Origin: Deltaproteobacteria bacterium
GTDB lineage: Bacteria > Myxococcota_A > Polyangia > JAAYKL01
DNA: 54,421 nucleotides
Assembly (NCBI GenBank): GCA_030591725.1
Contig: JAUVAN010000001.1
Span: 1 to 54,421, forward strand
Reading direction: 5' to 3'
The number at the start of each line of letters is the position of its first letter. Position 1 is the stretch's first letter. The notes below the pieces were generated by a model. It did no database searches, was not told the origin of the DNA, and was given only the letters and a program-made list of their open reading frames with translations. The translations under genes were made by a program, and so were the position numbers. Positions 1 to 10,050 of this stretch are shown one piece after another.

Positions 1-35
1 CATGGAAGCCCGATTCAGATCGGCAGGTATCGTTG

Positions 36-55
36 CCGCGGTGTTTACACCGCGG
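36..55 (-). terminator. Candidate hairpin downstream of the phosphodiesterase gene
   Basis: Perfect 8-bp stem CCGCGGTG-TTTA-CACCGCGG lies 63 nt past the stop at 118-120. There is no clear U-tract. Confidence 0.3.
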
Positions 56-117
56 GCGGAGGCGGGCAGAATGTGTAGTGGATGGATGAGGCGCTATTTA
101 GATCCTGCGCGGGGATT

Positions 118-1506
118 CTAAAACCGGAGAACGGATCTCCCTACGGTTCCCTCGGGTGGGTCTATTCCGAGGGCGTCGAGGGCGGTGGCGAATACGTCGG
201 TGATTTGCAGGCCCTCCAGGCGTCCGCGCGGTTTGTTTTTACCTCCCCGCATCACAAAGATCCCGTCCGGATCGTGGTTGGCGTCGTCGGGCCCGGTGTC
301 GTTGACGGCGGTGTGGATCGCGCCGTGTCCGACGGTTCCCACGGAGCGACGGGATAGTGAGTCCCAGTAGACCGTGAGATCGGGAGGATAACCCGTGGGG
401 TTGTTGTAGAGCTGCGACGGGGTGAACACCCGATTGTCCATGGGCTCTCCGTTGGGGCCTTTGAGATCACGGAAGATCGACGTGAGTTCCAGAAGCTCTT
501 TTGGGACTTGCTGTGACGAAACTATGCCCTCGGGCTCCCTGCCCACAACGTTGAGGAACACCCGGGCGTGATAGCCGCCTTCTCCCCAGGCGCGCGTTCG
601 CGCCCAATCCACGCTGCAACCGCTCAGGGGAGTGGGCTCGTCGGGCATCTCCTTCAAGACGAGATATCCCTCCCTCAGAAGCAGCTCGTTGACGCATACC
701 GCCCCGAGTAGTGGGCGCACCCCATGGTCCGAGACTACCATCACAACAGTGTCAGGACCCGCGAGATCCAGAGTGGATGCGATCTCCGAGTCAAGCAGCT
801 CGTAGTAATCCCCGCCCGTTTTGGCGAATGGGCCGGCGGGATCGTGTCGGGGATGGGACGGCATGATGGCGGAAAGGAAGGCGTGATGGAACCTGTCCGG
901 GCCCAGATCCACGATCATGGCGAAGGCGGGCTCTCTCGTGGCGATCAGATGCCTCAAAATTCCAAAATGCTGGCGCGTCAGATCCCTGCAATCGCTCACG
1001 ATGTTTGTCTTGTCCTCGGTTCTGAAGCTCTCCACGTCCACGATGTACGGACCGAAACGATTCTCGAGATCCGACCGGAGGGATTCACTGGAGGCCCATC
1101 GGCTGTCGCTCGAAGGTGTGAGGAAGCAGCTCGTCATATCAATCTCGGGCGTGTCACACGGGGGATAGGTGAGGGGAACCGACACCACCGACGAGCGCAG
1201 ACCATCGGCGGCGGCCAGATCCCATAATCGCGGGTACTTCAGATCGTCGGGGGATACGAGGTCCAGGTCGTAGGAGCCCGGACAGCGCATCCTGAACCCG
1301 TAGATCCCCAGATTGCCCGGTTCCCGCCCGCTCGTCATCGTGACCCATGCGGGGATCGTGATCGGCGGATCCGTCGATCGCAACGGCCCCCAGGCGCCCT
1401 CGTCGCGCAACCGCGTGAGGCACGGCATCCGATCCGCGAACAGATCGAAGGCGAGGGCGGGGGGCAACGAATCGAGGCCTATGACGATTACTCGCGGGGG
1501 GATCAT
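118..1506 (-). CDS. Alkaline-phosphatase superfamily type I phosphodiesterase / nucleotide pyrophosphatase
   Basis: 462-aa ORF. Motifs seen: VIGLDSL (metal-binding Asp), PPITIPAWVTMTSG (nucleophile Thr region) and VVSDHG. Its ATG overlaps the upstream S41 gene stop in an ATGA overlap at 1503-1506. Confidence 0.8.
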   Translation of the reverse strand: MIPPRVIVIGLDSLPPALAFDLFADRMPCLTRLRDEGAWGPLRSTDPPITIPAWVTMTSGREPGNLGIYGFRMRCPGSYDLDLVSPDDLKYPRLWDLAAADGLRSSVVSVPLTYPPCDTPEIDMTSCFLTPSSDSRWASSESLRSDLENRFGPYIVDVESFRTEDKTNIVSDCRDLTRQHFGILRHLIATREPAFAMIVDLGPDRFHHAFLSAIMPSHPRHDPAGPFAKTGGDYYELLDSEIASTLDLAGPDTVVMVVSDHGVRPLLGAVCVNELLLREGYLVLKEMPDEPTPLSGCSVDWARTRAWGEGGYHARVFLNVVGREPEGIVSSQQVPKELLELTSIFRDLKGPNGEPMDNRVFTPSQLYNNPTGYPPDLTVYWDSLSRRSVGTVGHGAIHTAVNDTGPDDANHDPDGIFVMRGGKNKPRGRLEGLQITDVFATALDALGIDPPEGTVGRSVLRF

Positions 1507-2813
1507 GAGGACGGTTTACGCTTTGCAGCCCCGGCCTTTTTCAGGCGGGAGAGTCCCCGAAGCAACTGGAAGGCGGTCTTGAGTTGATAGTCGTCGATCT
1601 CTGGTTCGTCTTCCTCGAAAGGTTCCATGTCGGCGCTGTCCAGGTGGCCCGGTAGCTCGCGTTCCTCGGGCATCTTCTGGAGCAGCTGCGTTTCCTCGTC
1701 GGGCTCCGGGGCGTTGCGGGATCCCACCACCACGTCGGGGGTTACCCCCAAGGCCTGGATCGCGCGACCCCCCGGGGTGAAGTAGAGCGCAACCGTGAGC
1801 TTGAGACCCGATCCGTCAGCGAGCGGGTAGATGCTCTGGACCGATCCCTTGCCGAAGCTCCTGGTTCCCACTATGAGGCCGCGACCGTGATCCTGGATGG
1901 CTCCCGCGACAATCTCAGCCGCAGAGGCGCTGCCGCCGTCGATGAGCACCACCATCGGCACGTCCGCGATGGTTCCTCTCTTGTGGGCGCGATCCTCGTT
2001 GATGATGATATCGTCGCGCCCTCGTGTGCTCAGGATAATACCGGAGGAGAGAAAGAGGTCGCACACCCGTATCGCCTCTTCGACCGTGCCGCCGGGGTTT
2101 CGACGCAGGTCGAGGAGCACGCCGTCGAGACCCCCGCCCTCGACAGAAAGTCGATTGACGGCGTCCTTGACTTCGGAAGAGGTGCCGTCCTGGAAACCGC
2201 GAACGTGAATGTGGGGATATCCCGGCGCGATGAGATCCGCGACAACGCTGGTAATGTGAATGACATCCCGCACGAGGGTGACGTCGAACGGTTCCTTTTC
2301 ATCCGGCCTGCGGATGGTCACCGTCACCTCTGTTCCGATCTTTCCCCTCATGAGCAGGACCGCATCGTCGAGGCTCATGTTCTTGGTGGGTTTTCCCTCA
2401 ATTTTGAATATCTGATCTCCGGGTTGGAGTCCGGCTCTCTGCGCGGGGGAATCCGCGATGGGGGCGATGACGGTCATGATGTCGTCCTTGAACCCGACCT
2501 CCAGACCGACCCCCTCGAACTCCCCGCGCAGATCGGCGAGCAGCGCCCTGTGCTCGGCGGGAGTAAGGTACGTGGAATGTGGATCCAGGGTTCTGACCAT
2601 CCCCTTGACCGCGCCGACTATGATCTCTTCTCCGTTGACGGGTTTGACGTATCCTCGCTCTATGGTCGACAGGACCTGGGCAAACAACGAGAGCTTGTGA
2701 TAGGGGCTGGCCGAGCGCGGTGTGGCAGCCACCAGTGCGCAAACGACGCACACCCCGACGAACACCGTGGTTGCGGCTATCTTCCACATTTTCATTTCAG
2801 GCCGTTTCACCAT
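1503..2813 (-). CDS. S41 family C-terminal processing peptidase (Ctp/Prc-like)
   Basis: 436 aa. N-terminal hydrophobic anchor, PDZ-like segment GLQPGDQIFKIEGKP, and S41 core RNPGG ... GSASAAEIVAGAIQD ... SFGKGSVQ. An SD-like GGGAG precedes the ATG at 2813. Confidence 0.9.
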   Translation of the reverse strand: MVKRPEMKMWKIAATTVFVGVCVVCALVAATPRSASPYHKLSLFAQVLSTIERGYVKPVNGEEIIVGAVKGMVRTLDPHSTYLTPAEHRALLADLRGEFEGVGLEVGFKDDIMTVIAPIADSPAQRAGLQPGDQIFKIEGKPTKNMSLDDAVLLMRGKIGTEVTVTIRRPDEKEPFDVTLVRDVIHITSVVADLIAPGYPHIHVRGFQDGTSSEVKDAVNRLSVEGGGLDGVLLDLRRNPGGTVEEAIRVCDLFLSSGIILSTRGRDDIIINEDRAHKRGTIADVPMVVLIDGGSASAAEIVAGAIQDHGRGLIVGTRSFGKGSVQSIYPLADGSGLKLTVALYFTPGGRAIQALGVTPDVVVGSRNAPEPDEETQLLQKMPEERELPGHLDSADMEPFEEDEPEIDDYQLKTAFQLLRGLSRLKKAGAAKRKPSS

Positions 2814-2973
2814 GTCTTCTCCCTCAAGAAGAGACGGGAAGCTTACCCCGACGGTAGTTTTTCGACAAATGCACTAATTTCAATGTTTGTTCCGGTCGAC
2901 GAGAGATTGGGGTCACCGATGATTTATTAACGTTTGCTCTGTGATACGATAACGTGCTTGTAAAGAAGAAAAC

Positions 2974-5900
2974 ATGAAGCGACGTTTGAAGATCATAGGG
3001 AGCGACAGTGTAAAAGGCGGCGGGCCTTCGAAAGGTCCGCCCGTGGAACCCGAGAGTCCGGACAACGACGGATTCTCCATGCATTTTTCCGGCGGGCGCG
3101 GTGTACTGTGCCTCAACGGCGAAAAAATCTCCCCGGCGGTCACAGTGGACCTGTTGGAGATGAACATCCCGCAGATAGCATTTCCGTTTGATGTTTCCAG
3201 AGGTGTAAGAGGTCTTCGGGACCGACGGTTGAAACTGTCGAGGCTGGTGATGACCGTTAGCCTCGAGGGGTTGATGGAGATTCTTGGTACGAAGCTCCGT
3301 GGTCTGGACTGGATCGGCTCGCCCATAATTTCTTTCGAGGAAGATTGCATCAGCGTTCTGCTGGAATACGGTCCCGAAGGATCCCGCATCCCCTTCACTT
3401 TTCGTCTGTTGCCCTCCGGGGAGGAACGCTTGCCGTCTCTCCTGATGGACGAGCCGAGGGCGTACGGCCCGGTCCCCATGTCTCTTCTCCTGGTTGCGGG
3501 AACGGTGCTCCGGGAAGTGACGGGCGCCAGGCTCGAGGGAGTCGGGTTTCGCCCGCCGGATCCCCTGAAGGAGGCGCTGATGGCGATTCTTCCGGGGCGG
3601 GGCTGGCGGCTGCCGGACTACTCCGACGCGGCGCTTGTTCGACTGGATCTCGAGCCGGACCGGGTGGTCCTCGAATTCAACGGGGCCGACCTGCTGCGCG
3701 AGCGTGGCGACGCGGATGTGGGAGAGGTGGGAATGAGCCGCCTTCGAAGGCTGGAGGAGCTGAGGCTCACCCGGGACGGGGACAGGCTGCTGGGGGTCGG
3801 TGAGCTGGAAGAGGCACGCGCGTCCTATGCCCGACTCCTGGACCGGGAGCCGGAAAATCCGGTGGCGGCGGCTCGCCTCGCGATGATCGACGTGATGGAT
3901 CCGCAGATGAGGGATACGGCAAGGGCAGTGGCATCGGATGCGCTGGCCAGGCGGGGTCGCAGGACCGACGTCCTGGCTGTGATCGCTCACGGAGCGGCCC
4001 TGGAGGGAGACGTCGCGGCGGAGGTGAACGCGCTGGAGGCGCTTGAGGAGTCGTCCTTTCCCCTGGAGCGCCTGGCCGCAGGGCTCCGCCTCGGCGAGCT
4101 CGTAAGGAACGAAGATCCCGACCGCGCCATAATGTTCTTCGAGGGGGCTCTCGCCGCCAGACGGGAAGATCCGCGGGCGTTGATTGCTCTCATCGAGACC
4201 GGCGCCGCTGCGGGCAGGAAGGACATGGTCGACCGATTGATCTCCCGGTGGATCGCGGTGCACAGGACTCCTGCAGGCAGGGCCGAGGCTCACGCGAAGA
4301 TCGGTGAGCTCCTCCTTCAGAAACTGGGGGATCCCGCAGCTTCGGTGAAGCACCTGGAGCGCGCGGCCCTCGCGCAGCCTGGCAGCAAAGAGATCATGTG
4401 GGGGTTGGCGCAAGCCCTGGCCGGAGCGCGGGATGATCGCCGAGCCATCTCCAGGTTCGAGCGCCTGGAGAAGATCTCCATCGAGGCGGGAGATCAGGCG
4501 GGAGCGGCTCGAGCCATGGAGGCTATTGGAAAGATATGGATGCGCCGTGGCGAGCCGGAGCTGGCTATCCCACGGTTGCGGGAAGCGCTTGCCGCCTACG
4601 GAGAAACACGGCCGCCGGCGACGATGGTAAATCTGGCTACCGCGCTTGGAGCCCTGGGCCAGTTTGCCGATGCGGCGGATATGTTCGAGGCCGCCCTGTC
4701 GCGAGCGCGGCCGGCGGAAGCAGATTTTTCCTGGGGCGATACCGCGCTGGATCTGGCCCGCATATACTTCGAGGAGCTCGACGACGGGAAGGCTGCAGAG
4801 CAGTGGATCCGTGCGGCCATGAACCTCGAACAGAGCAAAGACTCCGCCGGCGCTCTCATGCGGGACATACTGAAGCGCCAGGGCAGATGGACGGAGTTGA
4901 CCAGATCTCTCGAGCGCGTACTCGTCTCCGAACCGTCCGTCGAGAACGTGCTGGCCCTGAACAGGGCGAGGATCAAGGCTGGCGAGGTGGAGGCGGCGGT
5001 GTCCACCCTGGAGACAGCCCTCGAACGGCACCCCGAGCGGGAGGATCTCCTCGACGCCTTCATCGAGGCGTGCCGTGAGGCTGGAGAGCGATCCCGGCTC
5101 AAGACGATATTGCAAAAGCGTTTCGAGACTTGTACGGAGCCCGCCAGAAGGGCGGCCATGGCCACGGAGATCGGGTCCCTCGAACTGACGGCCTTCGAAA
5201 ATCCGCAGGCCTCCGCACACTGGTTTCGGCAGGCGTTGGAGGATGACCAGAGTATCCTCGAGGCGAGGAAGGGGCTCGTGGACGCACTCGGGAGGCTCGG
5301 CGGTTCCGATGAGATGGAAGTGCAGATAGAGGCCCTCGAGCGCGATCTGTCGGCACTGGGCCGGCGTTCGGACGCGGCCGCCCTGATGGCTCGAAGGGCG
5401 GCGATCCTCGCGAAGGATGGCGAGTCGGGCCGCGCCGCAGACCTGATGAGGAAGGCCCTTCCTGATCTTCCCGGCGAGGACAGGTGCCGGGCGCTCATCG
5501 AGATGGCGACCCTTTACCAGAAGTCAGGAGACCACGCGACCGCGAGGGATCTCTACATCGCTGCAAGGAGAGAGCACGGGGCGGATGAAACGTACGTTGC
5601 CGCCCTCGGCGAGGCCGAGACCGCGCTCGAGATGAAGGATTATCCGGCTGCGCTGGAGGCAGCGACGATAGCGGGTTCAGGCCCGGTCGAGCTTCGAACG
5701 AGGGCTGCAATGGCTGCGGCAAGGTCTCTGGATCATCTGGAGCGGAGCACGGAGGCGGCCCGGATTCTGGAGCGGGTTGCCGAGAATGTCGATGCCCGGG
5801 ATTCCATCGAACTCCTCATGTTGGCGGCGCATATCTACGGGAACAAGGTAGGCGACAACGTAAACGCTCGCGAGATGCTCGAGCGCCTGCTGGAGATCAA

Positions 5901-8433
5901 CCCGCAACATGAAGAGGCGAGGAAAGCCCTGGTCGAAACTCTGGAGAGGTCCGGTGACAGGAGCGAGTTGGCCCGGGGACTCGTCCGGTTTGCGGAAGAA
6001 GGAGAGCTGGGAATAGCCGATCTCAAGAGGGCGGCGGATTTCTTTTCCGCCGAGGGCCTTCACGAGGACGCGGCTGCCGCGCTTCGAATCGCCCACGGGA
6101 TCTCTCCTGACCCGGAGTCTGCCCGGATGCTCGCCGGCGCCCTGAGGAGATGCGGCGCGTTCGAGGAGATGGTCGAGGTGTTGAAGGAGTTTGTGTCCAC
6201 TGACGACGCGTCGAGGAGGATGCTGGCGGTTCAACTGGAGGAAATGAGCCGGCACGGGGAGCTGGTCGAGTTACTGGGATCCGCGCAGGAGGAAGATGCA
6301 GATCGGGAGCGCGATCGGTTGGCAAAGCTGGCCGAGACCCTTGGTGATCATCTTGGAGATCGTCCGGGGGCGATCAACGCGCTTCTGGGAGTGCTGAATG
6401 TTACGGAGGACGCGCAGGATGGGCGCGATCTGGCCCGGAGAATCCTGGGGCTTGCGCGAGAAGAGGATGATCTTTCCCTGCTCGCGAGCTGCCTGGATCA
6501 GGTGGAGCGTTTCATGGCGCCCTCGCCAAGGGCGGGCGCCCTCTTTGAGCTGAGCGGGCTTCGCTGGATGTCGGGAGATCGGGAGGGATCGCGCGAGCCT
6601 CTGCGCAAGGGCCTCAAGCTTGCGCCGGACGATCTGCCGGCTCTGTTTGAGATGGCAAGGCGTTTCGACAAGTGCGACGTCTTGTTGAACGGCGCCGTGA
6701 AGCGGGCGATTCAATCCGAACAGTGGGAGATCGCCGACGAGATGCTGTCGCTGATCATCGATGCCTCCTCTGACGAGGATCGGCCCGGCCTGTTACGCAG
6801 GCGAGCGGCCATTCGGAGGGGAAGGCTGGGAGACGAGAAAGGCGCGGTCGAGGACATGTTGTCGACGCGGGCCGCAGGCGCGCTCCCCGAGGTGGAGATG
6901 GAGGAGCTCATCGACATGCTCGAGGCAAGGGGAGACGTGGGAACAGCCGCCGAGGTGGCCGCAGAGATCGCCCGGGGATCGATGAAGGACGGGAGGCGTC
7001 TCGCTCGTGCTGCCAAGCTTGCGCAGGAAGCGGGGAACCACGACAGTGCCGTGGAAATCTGGCGTCAGGCAATTGCTGTCAACCCGGATCCCGCAGGCAT
7101 CGTTTCCCTGGTCAAACTCCTGGATACCAAGAAGGACGGAGAGGAACTGGAGAAGCTGCTGGAAATGTTGAAGGGGCAGGAGGATCTGCTGGACATCCCG
7201 GATCACATGCTGATTCTGGAGGTGGTAGTGGATCTGGATCTTGCGCGGGGACAGGATCTCGACGCGGTGGAGGGGCTGGTGGCCATGATGGATCTGGATC
7301 CCGGCAAGGGGGATCCCTGGCAGAAGATGGTTCATATCCTGGAGCGCCGAGGAGAATGGGAGGCGCTGGTCAAGCGAATGGAGGAGCGGCTTACCCTTGC
7401 GGCCGGTCCGGACGACGTCGCGAGGACCGCCATGGCCCTCGGTCGTATTCTCGATGACAAGCTAGGCAATGAGGACGGCGCCGTCGCCGCCTTCGAGCGT
7501 GTTCTTTCCGTCATGCCGGAACATCCGGGCGCCAGCATGATGCTCGCGGCCATCGCCTTCAGAAGGCAGCGCTGGGACCAGCTGGACAAATATCTTTCGG
7601 TCATTGAAACCACAGAGTGGAACACGGAGGTCGAGCTGTGGCGTGCCCGGACGGCCGAGAACCTGGATCGTACCGAAGAAGCCGGATCCATCTTCGAGGA
7701 GATTGTGAGAAGGGAGCCGGGACAGGTGCGCGCAGTTGAGGGGCTCATGCGGGTTCTGACCGGTCCGAAGTACGACGTAAAGGTTATCGAGGTGGGGCGA
7801 AATCTCATCGAGGAGGTGGGTCGGGAAAAGATCAAGGCGTCGGTGCATCGACGGATAGGCCTTGCCCACAAACGTTCAAACGAGCCGGATGCGGCGATGG
7901 AGAGGCTCGAATACGCGGACAGGATCTCGGGCGGCGATCCCGAATCGTTGAAGTTGCTGGTTGATCTGCACGGTGAGGCGGGACGCCACGAGAAGCGTGC
8001 CGAGTTGTTGTGCAAGCTCGCTTATATGCTCGAGGGTCCCGACCGGGCTGCGCGCCTGGTTGAGGCATCGAGAATCTACCTGGAAAAGCTGTTCGACGAA
8101 AAGAGGGCCTACCATTGGTTGACGCGCGCCTCGGAGATGGCTCCGGATGAACCTGGTGTTCTGCTGGCCCTGGCTGATTGCGCCTGGGTCATGGAGGAGG
8201 CCGCGGTGGTGGTGAAAAGCCTCGAACGATACCGTCTGGTGGCGCCGCAGCATCCGGTGGGACCGAGTCGCACTTATCATCTGGCGGCGTCCCTCGCCGT
8301 GACCCGCGACTGGCCGATCGAGGATATCATCGAAACCCTCGAACAGGTCGTCGACCGACTCGATTCGGAGGAGCGACAGACCGCGAGGACACTCGTGGGC
8401 CGGCTGCGGGCCGAGCTGGAAAATAGCAAATGA
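2974..8433 (+). CDS. Giant (1819 aa) TPR/helical-repeat protein with a non-repeat N-terminal domain of about 250 aa
   Basis: Single uninterrupted ORF with Ala/Leu/Glu/Arg-rich 34-aa-type repeats throughout (for example GELEEARASYARLLDREPENP). No P-loop or catalytic motif found. Its stop overlaps the prmA ATG (ATGA at 8430-8433). Confidence 0.85.
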   Translation: MKRRLKIIGSDSVKGGGPSKGPPVEPESPDNDGFSMHFSGGRGVLCLNGEKISPAVTVDLLEMNIPQIAFPFDVSRGVRGLRDRRLKLSRLVMTVSLEGLMEILGTKLRGLDWIGSPIISFEEDCISVLLEYGPEGSRIPFTFRLLPSGEERLPSLLMDEPRAYGPVPMSLLLVAGTVLREVTGARLEGVGFRPPDPLKEALMAILPGRGWRLPDYSDAALVRLDLEPDRVVLEFNGADLLRERGDADVGEVGMSRLRRLEELRLTRDGDRLLGVGELEEARASYARLLDREPENPVAAARLAMIDVMDPQMRDTARAVASDALARRGRRTDVLAVIAHGAALEGDVAAEVNALEALEESSFPLERLAAGLRLGELVRNEDPDRAIMFFEGALAARREDPRALIALIETGAAAGRKDMVDRLISRWIAVHRTPAGRAEAHAKIGELLLQKLGDPAASVKHLERAALAQPGSKEIMWGLAQALAGARDDRRAISRFERLEKISIEAGDQAGAARAMEAIGKIWMRRGEPELAIPRLREALAAYGETRPPATMVNLATALGALGQFADAADMFEAALSRARPAEADFSWGDTALDLARIYFEELDDGKAAEQWIRAAMNLEQSKDSAGALMRDILKRQGRWTELTRSLERVLVSEPSVENVLALNRARIKAGEVEAAVSTLETALERHPEREDLLDAFIEACREAGERSRLKTILQKRFETCTEPARRAAMATEIGSLELTAFENPQASAHWFRQALEDDQSILEARKGLVDALGRLGGSDEMEVQIEALERDLSALGRRSDAAALMARRAAILAKDGESGRAADLMRKALPDLPGEDRCRALIEMATLYQKSGDHATARDLYIAARREHGADETYVAALGEAETALEMKDYPAALEAATIAGSGPVELRTRAAMAAARSLDHLERSTEAARILERVAENVDARDSIELLMLAAHIYGNKVGDNVNAREMLERLLEINPQHEEARKALVETLERSGDRSELARGLVRFAEEGELGIADLKRAADFFSAEGLHEDAAAALRIAHGISPDPESARMLAGALRRCGAFEEMVEVLKEFVSTDDASRRMLAVQLEEMSRHGELVELLGSAQEEDADRERDRLAKLAETLGDHLGDRPGAINALLGVLNVTEDAQDGRDLARRILGLAREEDDLSLLASCLDQVERFMAPSPRAGALFELSGLRWMSGDREGSREPLRKGLKLAPDDLPALFEMARRFDKCDVLLNGAVKRAIQSEQWEIADEMLSLIIDASSDEDRPGLLRRRAAIRRGRLGDEKGAVEDMLSTRAAGALPEVEMEELIDMLEARGDVGTAAEVAAEIARGSMKDGRRLARAAKLAQEAGNHDSAVEIWRQAIAVNPDPAGIVSLVKLLDTKKDGEELEKLLEMLKGQEDLLDIPDHMLILEVVVDLDLARGQDLDAVEGLVAMMDLDPGKGDPWQKMVHILERRGEWEALVKRMEERLTLAAGPDDVARTAMALGRILDDKLGNEDGAVAAFERVLSVMPEHPGASMMLAAIAFRRQRWDQLDKYLSVIETTEWNTEVELWRARTAENLDRTEEAGSIFEEIVRREPGQVRAVEGLMRVLTGPKYDVKVIEVGRNLIEEVGREKIKASVHRRIGLAHKRSNEPDAAMERLEYADRISGGDPESLKLLVDLHGEAGRHEKRAELLCKLAYMLEGPDRAARLVEASRIYLEKLFDEKRAYHWLTRASEMAPDEPGVLLALADCAWVMEEAAVVVKSLERYRLVAPQHPVGPSRTYHLAASLAVTRDWPIEDIIETLEQVVDRLDSEERQTARTLVGRLRAELENSK

Positions 8434-9293
8434 GAGAACAGAGGTTCCCCGGTCTCTCCATTATCGTCACGGAGGATCACGTCTCCCGGTTGATCTGGGC
8501 GCTGCAGGAGTTCGGGGCTACGGCGGTGGAGACAAGAGATGAAACCACGTTGACCTCCGCCGGAAAAGGACGCGTCGTGTTGATCGCCGGGTTTGCGGAT
8601 CCGATTGTCCGGAACCGAGCTTCGGAGGAGCTTCACAAGGAGTGGGGAGGTCTGGAGATCACGGCTTCGGATGTGTCCGACGATGGATGGAGCGCCGGCT
8701 GGAGATCGTTTTTCGAGCCGGTCGTGCTTGCGACCATACAGGTGATCACCCCGTGGATGAATCCGCGCGAGTCCGGCCTGACCACCATCGTGATCGATCC
8801 GGGGCAGGCTTTCGGGACAGGGGGGCACGCCACAACGCGGATGGTGTTGCGAATGCTGGAGTCAAGGGCGATGGAGGGGGTGTTGCCCTCTGAAATGGCG
8901 GATGTGGGCGTGGGTTCGGGGATCCTGTCGATCGCGGCCGTGAAGCTCGGTGTCGAAAAAGTGCTGGGGATCGACATCGAGGAGGAGTCAATGAACGCCA
9001 CGCGGGAAAACGCTGCGGCCAACGGCGTGGAAGGCGCAGTGGAGGTGTATCTGGGAACTCCGCGCGATATCAACGGGGAATGGCCGCTGGTGGTTGCCAA
9101 TATCGATCTTGCGGCCTTTCAACGGCACGCCGGGGATATTGCCGAGATCGTGGCTCCCGGTGGGGAGGTTCTGTTGAGTGGTTTGCTCGTCGATCAGCTG
9201 GAGGAGTGCGTGGGGCTCTGGCCGGGATTCGATCGCGGTGGGGTACTCGAGGACGACGGATGGGCGGCGGTCTCCCTGAGGCGTGTCACATGA
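8430..9293 (+). CDS. prmA: Ribosomal protein L11 methyltransferase
   Basis: 287 aa. Motifs GQAFGTGGHATTRM and the SAM-binding DVGVGSGILSIAA. Conserved pairing with rsmE. Confidence 0.9.
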   Translation: MREQRFPGLSIIVTEDHVSRLIWALQEFGATAVETRDETTLTSAGKGRVVLIAGFADPIVRNRASEELHKEWGGLEITASDVSDDGWSAGWRSFFEPVVLATIQVITPWMNPRESGLTTIVIDPGQAFGTGGHATTRMVLRMLESRAMEGVLPSEMADVGVGSGILSIAAVKLGVEKVLGIDIEEESMNATRENAAANGVEGAVEVYLGTPRDINGEWPLVVANIDLAAFQRHAGDIAEIVAPGGEVLLSGLLVDQLEECVGLWPGFDRGGVLEDDGWAAVSLRRVT

Positions 9294-10009
9294 CGCGGAT
9301 CTTCATCGAACAGGCTCTGAGCGGTCGTGTTGAAGTCAGCATTTCCGGACAGGAGCTGCACTACATCTCCCGTGTCAGGCGTCTCTCACCCGGGGACGAG
9401 GTCGAGCTCCGGGACGGGGAAGGCCGGGGCTTCCTGGCCAGGATCCGGGAGATCTCGAAGGACTCAGCGATCCTCGATATCACGGATGAGACCGAGCTCG
9501 AGCCCGACGAATTCACGGTCCGGCTGATTGTGGCTGTGCCAAAGAGGAATATCTTCGACGACGTTGTTCGCAAGCTCAGTGAGATAGGTGTTGCGCGGAT
9601 ACAGCCGGTGACAACCGAGCGATCGGTCGTCGAGCCGGGAGTCGGTCGCCTGGACAGGTGGCGTCGTATCGCCGCGGAGTCGGTGCGACAGTGCGGGCGG
9701 GGTAAGCCCGTCAGCGTCGAGGATGTTGTGTCTATTGAGCGCGCTCTGCGCGACGCGCCGCAGGGGACCAGGCTCATCCTTCACCCGGAGGGCTCAAAGG
9801 TGTCCCTGGCGGGGGCGCTCGGTGACAATGCGGCCGTTCCGATCACCGTTGCAGTCGGTCCCGAGGGCGGTTTTACGGAGGAAGAGATCGCGCTGGCCGT
9901 CGAACTGGGATTTACACCTGTCGGCGCAGGCAAATTGATCCTCAGAACAGAGACGGCTGCGATTGTGGCGGCTGTGGTATCGGTGGCCTCAACCGGAGGG
10001 TTTGAGTGA
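9290..10009 (+). CDS. rsmE: 16S rRNA (uracil1498-N3)-methyltransferase
   Basis: The start was moved to the ATG at 9290 (MTRIFIEQ...), which overlaps the prmA stop as ATGA. RsmE-like features: RVRRLSPGDEVEL, the C-terminal GPEGGFTEEE, and LGxxILRTETA. Confidence 0.85.
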   Translation: MTRIFIEQALSGRVEVSISGQELHYISRVRRLSPGDEVELRDGEGRGFLARIREISKDSAILDITDETELEPDEFTVRLIVAVPKRNIFDDVVRKLSEIGVARIQPVTTERSVVEPGVGRLDRWRRIAAESVRQCGRGKPVSVEDVVSIERALRDAPQGTRLILHPEGSKVSLAGALGDNAAVPITVAVGPEGGFTEEEIALAVELGFTPVGAGKLILRTETAAIVAAVVSVASTGGFE

Positions 10010-10024
10010 GCGGCTATATGTCAA

Positions 10025-10050
10025 GTGGAGGGTTTTGACTCCACATTTCT
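10025..10050 (+). terminator. Candidate intrinsic terminator after rsmE
   Basis: GTGGAG-ggttttga-CTCCAC (6-bp stem) followed by ATTTCT, 16 nt after the rsmE stop. Confidence 0.4.

Noticed and set aside
3184-3213. PilZ-like DxSxxG in the N-domain of the 1819-aa protein (FPFDVSRGVRG).
   Set aside because: The Gly is one position early (DVSRG). The only RxxxR-like basic patch (KRRLK) is about 67 residues upstream, not the 20-30 expected.
2824-5220. 798-aa minus-strand ORF antisense to the 1819-aa TPR gene. Similar long antisense or off-frame ORFs occur at 28775-30634 (619 aa), 35082-36581 (499 aa), 50053-51291 (412 aa), 11337-12569 (410 aa), 45176-46345 (389 aa) and 20354-21451 (365 aa).
   Set aside because: The translations are Arg/Pro/Gly/His-rich and low in complexity, with no recognisable motifs. 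Each lies opposite a gene with strong family motifs. Long stop-free antisense frames are expected in GC-rich DNA.
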